A stretch of DNA of 60,922 nucleotides from Patescibacteria group bacterium (GTDB taxonomy: Bacteria > Patescibacteriota > Minisyncoccia > Phycocordibacterales > Phycocordibacteraceae), in the NCBI GenBank assembly GCA_030837225.1, contig JAUPKX010000014.1, positions 1 through 60,922 on the forward strand, in the 5' to 3' direction. Position 1 is the stretch's first letter. The number at the start of each line of letters is the position of its first letter. The notes beneath the pieces were generated by a model. The model searched no databases. It was not told the DNA's origin and was given only the letters and a program-made list of their open reading frames with translations. The translations under genes were made by a program, and so were the position numbers. Below are positions 32,558-39,681 of the stretch, in pieces.

Positions 32558-32803
32558 ATGACCTTCCACGAGTTTCTTGAGAAAGTTCAAGGTGCGATTC
32601 TTACTCCTATAATCACGCTACTGTCCCTCGGCGCGTTCCTTCTATTCATCTGGGGCATCGTTGAGTTCATCGCAGGCTCCGAGAACGAGGAGAAGCGACA
32701 GACCGGGCAGCAGCACATGGTCTGGGGCCTTATCGGCTTGGTTATCATCTTTGGAGCGAATGCCATTGTCTCGCTTATCAAGGCTACCGTAGGAAGCGAA
32801 TAG
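32558..32803 (+). CDS. pilin-like small membrane protein, paralog 5 (no obvious signal peptide)
   Basis: ILTPIITLLSLGAFLLFIWGIVEFIAGSENEEKRQTGQQHMVWGLIGLVIIFG. TGgTATTAT lies 6 nt upstream of the ATG. Confidence 0.55.
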   Translation: MTFHEFLEKVQGAILTPIITLLSLGAFLLFIWGIVEFIAGSENEEKRQTGQQHMVWGLIGLVIIFGANAIVSLIKATVGSE

Positions 32804-32815
32804 CGCTATATAAAA

Positions 32816-32840
32816 AGCCGCCCCGGGTAAGGGGGCGGCT
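32816..32840. terminator. hairpin between the pilin-like array and the convergent SPFH operon
   Basis: agccgcccc gggtaag ggggcggct. Confidence 0.65.
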
Positions 32841-32872
32841 GAAGTTTCGTCAGAAGGTATTCTCGATCAGGC

Positions 32873-33364
32873 CTAAGGACGACATTCTTCGGCCAGGTTG
32901 TAGGACAGCGTGGTCGGCTCTTTGGGAAAGAACCGGTACGCGACGGCGCCCTGAGGCTCTGGACCGGAAGGATCGAACGTGTGTGTCTTTCCGCCGATCA
33001 GATACTCGATCTTCGTGAACTCGTCCGGCTTGTTGTCCCAGCAGTATTTCGCAGCGTTCAGAGTGCTGCTTGAACTGTCGGGACGAATCCAAGCGGACCC
33101 TTCCGTACCAACTTCGCAGGTGGCACCGGCGACGCTGAACGGAAGGCAGACCACACCGGTCGGCTGCTGCGCTTGAGCAACAGGGACAACTGATGACGAT
33201 TCGCCCGAAAGGACAGATTCGCCCGATGGGGGTTTGTTTCCACCCCTCATCGCCATGTTGCCGACGGCGATAGTCAAGACCAGGATAGCCAGTCCGATAC
33301 CGATTGCTGCCGGGATCAGAAGGCCACCCTTTCCTCCAGATGCTGTTGAGGCACTTGAAGTCAT
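32873..33364 (-). CDS. membrane-anchored extracytoplasmic protein with 4 Cys, hypothetical
   Basis: TM segment LLIPAAIGIGLAILVLTIAV. AAGGAG with a 7 nt spacer before the ATG. Lies 4 nt downstream of the SPFH gene. Confidence 0.55.
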   Translation of the reverse strand: MTSSASTASGGKGGLLIPAAIGIGLAILVLTIAVGNMAMRGGNKPPSGESVLSGESSSVVPVAQAQQPTGVVCLPFSVAGATCEVGTEGSAWIRPDSSSSTLNAAKYCWDNKPDEFTKIEYLIGGKTHTFDPSGPEPQGAVAYRFFPKEPTTLSYNLAEECRP

Positions 33365-33368
33365 GGCA

Positions 33369-34505
33369 TTACTCCTTTTCTTGAGCTGGTTGTGGTGTAG
33401 CTGCTTCGGTGTCGCTAGCGGGTTGTCTCATAGCTGTCTCGGTCTCGTTAGTGGGGCGTGGAAGAGGTCCCTTTCCCATCATCACGAGGAGGCCTTCCAT
33501 AATGGTGCGCATGAGCGGCTCGAAGCCGACCACGTTGTGCGTCATCATGGACTGCGCCCGGTCTGGCATCAGCACCGCATGGGATTCGCCCATCGCTGCC
33601 GTTGGATTCACGCCCCGTGCTATAAGGGCGTCCATGTTCTCAACGATACCTTGAGTCAGCGTCTTGGAAGTTTGGACGTTCCGTTCAGCTTCATCGATTT
33701 GGTCGGCGGCGGTTGAGATTTCATCCGGGAGGGCGAAATCGCTCACGCTCACGCTTTCAATTCGAATGCCCCAAGGTGTTGCGTTAGGCATTCCCGGGAC
33801 CTTGCAGAAGTAATGGACGACATCGTGACACGTTGCGTCCACCAAGATGTCGAGCTCGACGATTTCTCCTCGTGCTCGCCTCTGCAGTGCCTCCAGGATG
33901 ATGGGTGCCAGATGTTCGGCATATTTTTCGTGCACAAGATCATCGAGATCTTGGTGCGCCATGCCGAACGTGCGTGCTGCTTGGGTCGCTTCTGCCCTGA
34001 AGGCTTTCACGATATCGTCCACATTGTCGAAGTGGACCAGCTTGCCTGACTCGGGTCTCCACTGAACGACGACCGTGGTTGGAATACGGTTGCCGTTTGC
34101 GACTTCGATGGGGATGTTCTCCAGCGTCTCAGTCTTTTCCTTCGTAAAGACTTCGGTGATATGGGAACCCATAACGCCGAAGAATTTGAGGACCCAGTGG
34201 TCGCCTTCCTTCATCTCGTACTGTGGATCGTCCATACGCTCGCTGAACCAGGTTGGGATCCCGCGATAGTTGGGACGGATAGTCATCTTCCCGTGACGGA
34301 AGACAAAGTAACCGACAGCTGGAGCGGCCGCGAGGCCAATGAGAGCGCCGACAAAGGCGCCCAACCCCATGTTGCCGAAAGATAATCCTATGAAAGCGCA
34401 GCTGATCGTCAGGAGTAAGAACTCGAGAAGGGCAGCCATGCTTCCTACGAAGATTCCCATCCGAAGACGGGTCTCACTCAGGAGAAAGTGTTTAAGGCCG
34501 AACAT
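33369..34505 (-). CDS. SPFH/Band-7 (stomatin/prohibitin-like) domain membrane protein
   Basis: N-terminal hydrophobic helices, then an SPFH-type core ending WGIRIESVSVSDFALPDEISTAADQIDEAER. Start set at MFGLKHF, with GAAGGA 8 nt upstream. The track start is TTG at 34565. Confidence 0.65.
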   Translation of the reverse strand: MFGLKHFLLSETRLRMGIFVGSMAALLEFLLLTISCAFIGLSFGNMGLGAFVGALIGLAAAPAVGYFVFRHGKMTIRPNYRGIPTWFSERMDDPQYEMKEGDHWVLKFFGVMGSHITEVFTKEKTETLENIPIEVANGNRIPTTVVVQWRPESGKLVHFDNVDDIVKAFRAEATQAARTFGMAHQDLDDLVHEKYAEHLAPIILEALQRRARGEIVELDILVDATCHDVVHYFCKVPGMPNATPWGIRIESVSVSDFALPDEISTAADQIDEAERNVQTSKTLTQGIVENMDALIARGVNPTAAMGESHAVLMPDRAQSMMTHNVVGFEPLMRTIMEGLLVMMGKGPLPRPTNETETAMRQPASDTEAATPQPAQEKE

Positions 34506-34631
34506 GTTCGCAATCCTTCTAGGGTTCGCGGGTTGTTGGAATGATTCCGAATACCTTGCTGACAAGGAACGGAGTCTGTATATAGTATACCACTAAAGTT
34601 GACAGAAAGTCAAGTAGTGGCTTAGTTGTTG

Positions 34632-34712
34632 TGCTGGAGAGAGGACTCGAACCTCCACCCCCGAAGGGACCTGCTCCTAAGGCAGGCGTGTCTACCATTT
34701 CACCACTCCAGC
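34632..34712 (-). tRNA. tRNA-Leu (anticodon TAG), CCA not encoded
   Basis: The reverse complement is GCTGGAGTGGTGAAATGGTAGACACGCCTGCCTTAGGAGCAGGTCCCTTCGGGGGTGGAGGTTCGAGTCCTCTCTCCAGCA. Confidence 0.85.
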
Positions 34713-34740
34713 GTCCCTCTATCCTACCAGGAAATAGGAA

Positions 34741-34770
34741 AGGGCGGGAATCCCGAGGATCCCGCCCTTT
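34741..34770 (-). terminator. hairpin between tRNA-Lys and tRNA-Leu
   Basis: Reverse strand reads aagggcggga tcctcggga ttcccgccctt tcctattt. Confidence 0.5.
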
Positions 34771-34777
34771 CCCCTTG

Positions 34778-34850
34778 TGCACCTGCCTGGGCTCGAACCA
34801 GGGACCATCTCCTTAAGAGGGAGTTGCTCTACCAACTGAGCTACAGGTGC
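34778..34850 (-). tRNA. tRNA-Lys (anticodon CTT), CCA not encoded
   Basis: The reverse complement is GCACCTGTAGCTCAGTTGGTAGAGCAACTCCCTCTTAAGGAGATGGTCCCTGGTTCGAGCCCAGGCAGGTGCA. Confidence 0.85.
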
Positions 34851-34887
34851 GTCCCTAGATACTAATAGATAAGCCTCTCTAATTCAA

Positions 34888-36027
34888 CTACACAACCGTC
34901 CGGTATAGGTGGGTAGGGATATGCGCCAGGATGACGTACGGCGTGGTGCCGGCCAGGCGAGCCATGGAGAGAACAGAGTTTGAGTCCACGGGGTTGGTGC
35001 TAATAAGTGTAACGACGTCGCCCCGCTTAACCTCTACACCCGTTACATCAAGTGACGTCATGTTCATCGATACGCGTCCTGCGATTGGGCAGGCCATTCC
35101 GTTCACTTGAAGACTTCCGACGTTGGAGAGACCGCGGTCAATGCCTTCGTAGTAACCGGCAGGGACGGTAGCAATACGCGAAGGTCGCGTCGCACGGAAC
35201 GTCGCGTTATACCCAACGGTGTCGCCTTCAGGAACGGTCCGTATGGACGTAACGAACGAGCGCATCGAGAGAACTGGTTTCAAGGGGAGCGTATCGCCTG
35301 GAGCGGTATCGCATCCGTATAAGCCCATACCGATACGGAGTACGTTCATAGGATGAGTGCTACTCGTTCGTACACCTTTGGTTGCAGCTGCATGGCGACA
35401 TTCAATTGAAGGGAACGAATCTTGAACGGTTTCAAGTAATGAATCCCACAGAGCAAGCTGCCTATTGGTAAACATAGCGTCAGTATTATCTGCGTCGGCG
35501 AGATGTGTTCCCACACCCACAACCGAAAGACGAGGGTTCTGTTTGATTAGTTCTGTGGCTTCAGTTAGTTCGTTCGGAAGAAGGCCCTGCCGATGCATGC
35601 CGGTATCAAATTTCAGGTGCAGACGTACAGGAGCATGAGCGTCCTTCGCAACAGATCGAAGCTGTTCAATATCAACAATCGCGAAGTCTGTATTGCGTAG
35701 CCTGCTTGAGACTATGGCTTCGGGACGCACGAACCCCATAACGACGATCCTGGAGTGTATGCCCGCTCTCCTGAGGACTTCTGCCTCGTAGAGGGAATCA
35801 ACCATAAAGAAGGCAATGTCCTCTTTGTCGAGGAGCTCGGCGATAACCACGAGCCCGTGTCCGTAGGCATTGCTTTTAAGGACAGGGGCAATCATTTGCT
35901 CCGGGTACGCCTCCTTATACGTGCGCAGGTTATGTAAAAGGTTCTCTTTCGAGATTGATACCGTTATAAGCGGTTCATGACGCCGCAGCATGCGACGCAG
36001 CCTTCTTGCTAAAGGACGAAGATTCAT
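34888..36027 (-). CDS. alr: alanine racemase
   Basis: PLP-lysine motif VLKSNAYGHG and a C-terminal beta-barrel domain. The annotated ATG shares 1 nt with the CCA end of tRNA-Leu(TAA); an alternative Met lies 12 codons in. Confidence 0.85.
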   Translation of the reverse strand: MNLRPLARRLRRMLRRHEPLITVSISKENLLHNLRTYKEAYPEQMIAPVLKSNAYGHGLVVIAELLDKEDIAFFMVDSLYEAEVLRRAGIHSRIVVMGFVRPEAIVSSRLRNTDFAIVDIEQLRSVAKDAHAPVRLHLKFDTGMHRQGLLPNELTEATELIKQNPRLSVVGVGTHLADADNTDAMFTNRQLALWDSLLETVQDSFPSIECRHAAATKGVRTSSTHPMNVLRIGMGLYGCDTAPGDTLPLKPVLSMRSFVTSIRTVPEGDTVGYNATFRATRPSRIATVPAGYYEGIDRGLSNVGSLQVNGMACPIAGRVSMNMTSLDVTGVEVKRGDVVTLISTNPVDSNSVLSMARLAGTTPYVILAHIPTHLYRTVV

Positions 36028-36112
36028 GGTACCAGGGGCGGGACTCGAACCCGCACGACATTGCTGTCTGAGGTGTTTAAGACCTCTATGTCTACCATTC
36101 CATCACCCTGGC
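36027..36112 (-). tRNA. tRNA-Leu (anticodon TAA), CCA encoded
   Basis: The reverse complement is GCCAGGGTGATGGAATGGTAGACATAGAGGTCTTAAACACCTCAGACAGCAATGTCGTGCGGGTTCGAGTCCCGCCCCTGGTACCA. Confidence 0.85.
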
Positions 36113-36121
36113 GTATGTAGG

Positions 36122-36127
36122 AGTATA
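36122..36127 (-). promoter_or_regulatory. TATACT -10 box inside the 18 nt tRNA-Cys/tRNA-Leu spacer, 9 nt upstream of tRNA-Leu position 1
   Basis: The spacer reverse complement is aggTATACTcctacatac, followed by GCCAGGG. Confidence 0.4.
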
Positions 36128-36130
36128 CCT

Positions 36131-36205
36131 TGGAGGCCCAGACGGAAATCGCATCCGTGCATAGCGGGTTTGCAATCCGCCGTGTTTCTACTTCACCACT
36201 GGGCC
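36131..36205 (-). tRNA. tRNA-Cys (anticodon GCA), atypical D and T loops, CCA encoded
   Basis: The reverse complement is GGCCCAGTGGTGAAGTAGAAACACGGCGGATTGCAAACCCGCTATGCACGGATGCGATTTCCGTCTGGGCCTCCA. It has a perfect acceptor stem and a U73 discriminator, as expected for Cys. Confidence 0.75.
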
Positions 36206-36231
36206 GGTATGGGCATGCTATCATATCATTC

Positions 36232-36576
36232 ATGATTTTGGATCAGGACATAGAGAAACTCAAGAAAGCCTTCGCAACTAAAGAGGACTTGAAGATCTAT
36301 GCAACTAAAGAGGATCTCAAGACCTATGCAACGCAAGACTCGTTGAATCGCCTCGAACAGAAAGTTGACGGGATTCAGGAAGAACTCGGGGACCTTAAGA
36401 TAGAGGTCGGAGAACTGCACGACAAGATTGATTCTATTGATAACAAAATTGATGGACTAGCTGGCCTCATTCATGCAAGTCTAGAGGAGCATGGAGCAGG
36501 TGCGGTGCACCTAGCACGTCACGACAGACAAATAAAAGCACTAGCGCAAGGCGCTGGCATGCTACTCCCAGACTAA
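36232..36576 (+). CDS. coiled-coil protein (114 aa), hypothetical
   Basis: Heptad-like sequence with a tandem 27 nt repeat (ATKEDLKIY/ATKEDLKTY). Start moved off tRNA-Cys to MILDQD, with TATCAT 7 nt upstream. Confidence 0.55.
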   Translation: MILDQDIEKLKKAFATKEDLKIYATKEDLKTYATQDSLNRLEQKVDGIQEELGDLKIEVGELHDKIDSIDNKIDGLAGLIHASLEEHGAGAVHLARHDRQIKALAQGAGMLLPD

Positions 36577-36590
36577 GACTTAGTCTGGGA
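36566..36590. terminator. 12 bp palindromic hairpin spanning both convergent stop codons
   Basis: tcccagactaag a cttagtctggga. Confidence 0.55.
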
Positions 36591-36930
36591 TGTCCTCTTT
36601 AGGAATCTCTAAACCGCGCGTCGCGTCCTCAAATGCCTGGCGAGCGCGCTCGCCCTTGTCGATCTCGAACCAGATGAAGGGAAGTCGAGCGAAACGCGTG
36701 GTCTTCTTCAGTTCGTTGCGGAAGAGATCCTTATGGCGCATTAAGAAGTCGATAGCGTTGCCTTCCTGGCTCTCTGGATACACACTCACATAAATGGTTG
36801 CGTTCTTGCGGTCCTTTGAGAAGGTGGCGCGCATAGGCGTGATTAAAGTGCCGCGACCCGCCTCACGGGCGATGTAGCGTCCGATGTTTTCTAGAAGTAT
36901 TGAAACTGCTCGTTCGTCTCGTGCGCTCAT
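36580..36930 (-). CDS. rbfA: ribosome-binding factor A
   Basis: 116 aa RbfA-like sequence located immediately downstream of infB. Confidence 0.8.
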   Translation of the reverse strand: MSARDERAVSILLENIGRYIAREAGRGTLITPMRATFSKDRKNATIYVSVYPESQEGNAIDFLMRHKDLFRNELKKTTRFARLPFIWFEIDKGERARQAFEDATRGLEIPKEDIPD

Positions 36931-36931
36931 A

Positions 36932-38416
36932 TTATTTTGATTCAGTCATACGGAATGCAATAAGCGTGTCTCCAGCTACGGTCTCGTGCTTGCTCTCGAT
37001 CTGAAGGCCAAACTCGCCCTCCATTTTTATCTCCTGTACGTCGGCACGCGCAACCTGGAGGTTCGTGAGCTTGGCGTTCCCAATATGTAGTCCACGACGA
37101 TCTATCTTCACCTGATCGCCAACGCTAAGGACGCCCGAGTTCCAGCGTGCACCAAGTACCTGCTTCACGCCGGCCGTACTAAAGGCCTTGAGGATCTTCG
37201 CTTCGCCGAGGATCTCCTCAACCGTTATGCGGGGTGCGCGCTCGGCAACGAGCTCCTCGATGCGCTCCTTCAGGTTGTAGATAATCGAGAACGTATCGAT
37301 AGAGACGTGCATACGCTCTGCAGAATCACGTGCTGCGGAGTCGGTGCCAACATTGAAGGCAATCACGTAGCCGTTGCCGGCTGCTGCAGCCTTCACATCG
37401 TTCTCAGAGACCGCGCCGATACCTTCCATGACGATCTTGATGGTGACGCGCTCATGCTCGATCTTGGCGAGCTCATGCTTGATGGCGAGGATACTGCCGG
37501 TTACGTCCGCCTTGAGGATCAAAGGAAGAAGTGTCTTTCCGTCAGCTTCAGGGCGCTCCTGGGTGTGCGCAGGATTTGCTTCAACGCCCATAAGCGCAAG
37601 CTTCTCCGCGTCCTTCTTGTTGGTGGTTGAGGAGAATGGCGTGCCTGCCGGAGGAAGACTCGTCCAGCCGCTAATACGGATTGGCTGAGAAGGAAGTGCC
37701 TCCTTAATGCGTGCGCCCGTGAAGTCCTCGATAAAACGCACGGGGGCGAGTGCGGCACCGGCAATTGCAAACGAACCAATAGGAAGCGTGCCGTTCTTCA
37801 TGATGAGAGTCGCAGAAAGGCCGCGCTTCGGGTCTTGCGAGGACTCAAGGACGAAACCTTCGGCAGGAGCATCGGGATCAGCGGAGAGTTCCGCAAGGTC
37901 TGCCGTAAGGAGTACGAGATCAAGAAGCTCAGGCACGCCGTCACCAGACTTCGAGGAGACGCCCGTGAAGGGAATCGAACCGCCGAGGCCTTCAAGATAA
38001 ATACCGTTCTCGAGTGCCGAAATACGTGCCTTCTCAATGTCTGCACCGGCTTTGTCGATCTTTGTGAACGCAACGACGAACGGAATGTTTGCCTCGGTGA
38101 TTGCCTCAAACGCCTCGAGGGTCTGTGGCTTTACGCCTTCTTCAGCGGCGATAACAAGAATTGCGATATCCGCAGCAGCGGCTCCACGAGCGCGAAGTGC
38201 ACGGAACGCTTCATGTCCAGGAGTATCAAGGAAGGTAATACGGCGGCTCGTTCCCTCATGCTCATGCTCTGCCTCGTAGGCGGATACGTGCTGGGTGATA
38301 CCACCCGCCTCGCCAGCGGTTACGTTTGCCTTACGAATATAGTCCAGCAAGGAAGACTTGCCGTGATCAATGTGTCCCATAACGGCCACAATTGGTGGTC
38401 GGGTGCTCGATGCCAT
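36932..38416 (-). CDS. infB: translation initiation factor IF-2 (short form lacking the long N-terminal region)
   Basis: GHIDHGKSSLLD, DTPGHEAF and TKIDK GTPase motifs, plus C-terminal IF-2 domains. Confidence 0.93.
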   Translation of the reverse strand: MASSTRPPIVAVMGHIDHGKSSLLDYIRKANVTAGEAGGITQHVSAYEAEHEHEGTSRRITFLDTPGHEAFRALRARGAAAADIAILVIAAEEGVKPQTLEAFEAITEANIPFVVAFTKIDKAGADIEKARISALENGIYLEGLGGSIPFTGVSSKSGDGVPELLDLVLLTADLAELSADPDAPAEGFVLESSQDPKRGLSATLIMKNGTLPIGSFAIAGAALAPVRFIEDFTGARIKEALPSQPIRISGWTSLPPAGTPFSSTTNKKDAEKLALMGVEANPAHTQERPEADGKTLLPLILKADVTGSILAIKHELAKIEHERVTIKIVMEGIGAVSENDVKAAAAGNGYVIAFNVGTDSAARDSAERMHVSIDTFSIIYNLKERIEELVAERAPRITVEEILGEAKILKAFSTAGVKQVLGARWNSGVLSVGDQVKIDRRGLHIGNAKLTNLQVARADVQEIKMEGEFGLQIESKHETVAGDTLIAFRMTESK

Positions 38417-38496
38417 AATGCGACTGATTATCTCATAAAATAAGGCTTTTACAACTCTCCACCTGTTTCTACGGTGGATGGGCGTACAATACGCTT

Positions 38497-39672
38497 ATGA
38501 ATAAGAAGCGAGTCTATCTGGATTGGGCAGCGGCAGCACCGGTATTGCCAAAGGCACATCGTGCGTTCTCGAAGGCGCTTTCCGTGTTCGGGAACCCCTC
38601 GTCGCCTCATACAGAGGGTCGCGAGGCGCACATGCTTCTTACTGACGCACGTGTGCGTATCGCACGCCTTGCGGGCGTGAAGCAGGACGCGGTCATTTTC
38701 ACCGGAGGTGCTACTGAAGCAAATGCCATCGCCATCCAGGGACAGATTCGCGCGCTCCTTACTAAGGGAGTACAGCCAGGAGCACTCCATGTGCTGTATC
38801 TACCGAGTGCGCACGCATCTACACGAGGCTGTGTTTCTGAACTAAAGAAGGAAGGGGTTCAGACTGAGCCGTTAATTGTTATGGGTGGAGCTATCGATCT
38901 AACGGCACTAAAGCGGCAGATTCGTCCCGAGACCGTACTTGTAGCGCTTGAGGTTGTCTGTGGGGAGACAGGAACGCGCTTTGATACACGCGGCGTACGC
39001 CAGGTACTAGACCTGGCTCGAAAGGAAGGCGGATCACGAATCCGTATGCACACAGACGCGAGTCAGCTGCCGTTAGTTGAATCATTCGAGTTAACCCGTA
39101 TTGCGTCCGATACACTCACGCTAGACGCGCAAAAGGTTGGAGGCGTTCGTGGTATAGGCGTCTTGCTTGCACCAAGGCACATCCCGATTGAGCCGTTGAT
39201 ACGTGGGGGAGGACAGGAACGGGGACTGCGCCCGGGTACGGAGTCTGCCGGACTAGCGAGCGCCTTTGCGTGCGCACTCGAGGAGGCACACGATGCGCAT
39301 GCGTCGTTCGCATTGAAGGCACGTGGTCTGAAAGAACGTCTCACGGCACGTCTTCAGGATGCTATTTCTAATACTGAGATAAACAGCGGGAAGAACACGG
39401 TGCCGCACATACTTAATGTGTCGTTAATTGGCAGGGACACTGACTACGTCTCCGCACTTCTTGACGAGGCAGGCTTCGCTGTATCGACTCGAAGTGCATG
39501 CGCAACTGACGAGGAAGGTTCTGTTGCGGTACTCGCGTATACCGAGGACTCCGACAGAGCGTCGTCGACACTTCGTATTTCGTGGGGACCAACGACCACA
39601 GAGAGGGAACTCGACCGCTCCGTAGACGCTCTTGTTAGCGCAGTTCGATTCGTAGACACGAACACGGTATAA
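38497..39672 (+). CDS. cysteine desulfurase (class V aminotransferase, NifS/IscS-like)
   Basis: YLDWAAAAP, PLP-Lys context LDAQKVGG and active-site STRSAC. TACAAT lies 6 nt upstream of the ATG. Confidence 0.8.
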   Translation: MNKKRVYLDWAAAAPVLPKAHRAFSKALSVFGNPSSPHTEGREAHMLLTDARVRIARLAGVKQDAVIFTGGATEANAIAIQGQIRALLTKGVQPGALHVLYLPSAHASTRGCVSELKKEGVQTEPLIVMGGAIDLTALKRQIRPETVLVALEVVCGETGTRFDTRGVRQVLDLARKEGGSRIRMHTDASQLPLVESFELTRIASDTLTLDAQKVGGVRGIGVLLAPRHIPIEPLIRGGGQERGLRPGTESAGLASAFACALEEAHDAHASFALKARGLKERLTARLQDAISNTEINSGKNTVPHILNVSLIGRDTDYVSALLDEAGFAVSTRSACATDEEGSVAVLAYTEDSDRASSTLRISWGPTTTERELDRSVDALVSAVRFVDTNTV

Positions 39673-39681
39673 TTTCCCTAT

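Noticed and set aside
36130-36231. N-terminal 34 codons of track ORF 36130..36576
   Set aside because: They overlap tRNA-Cys on the opposite strand. An internal Met at 36232 has a TATCAT box 7 nt upstream.
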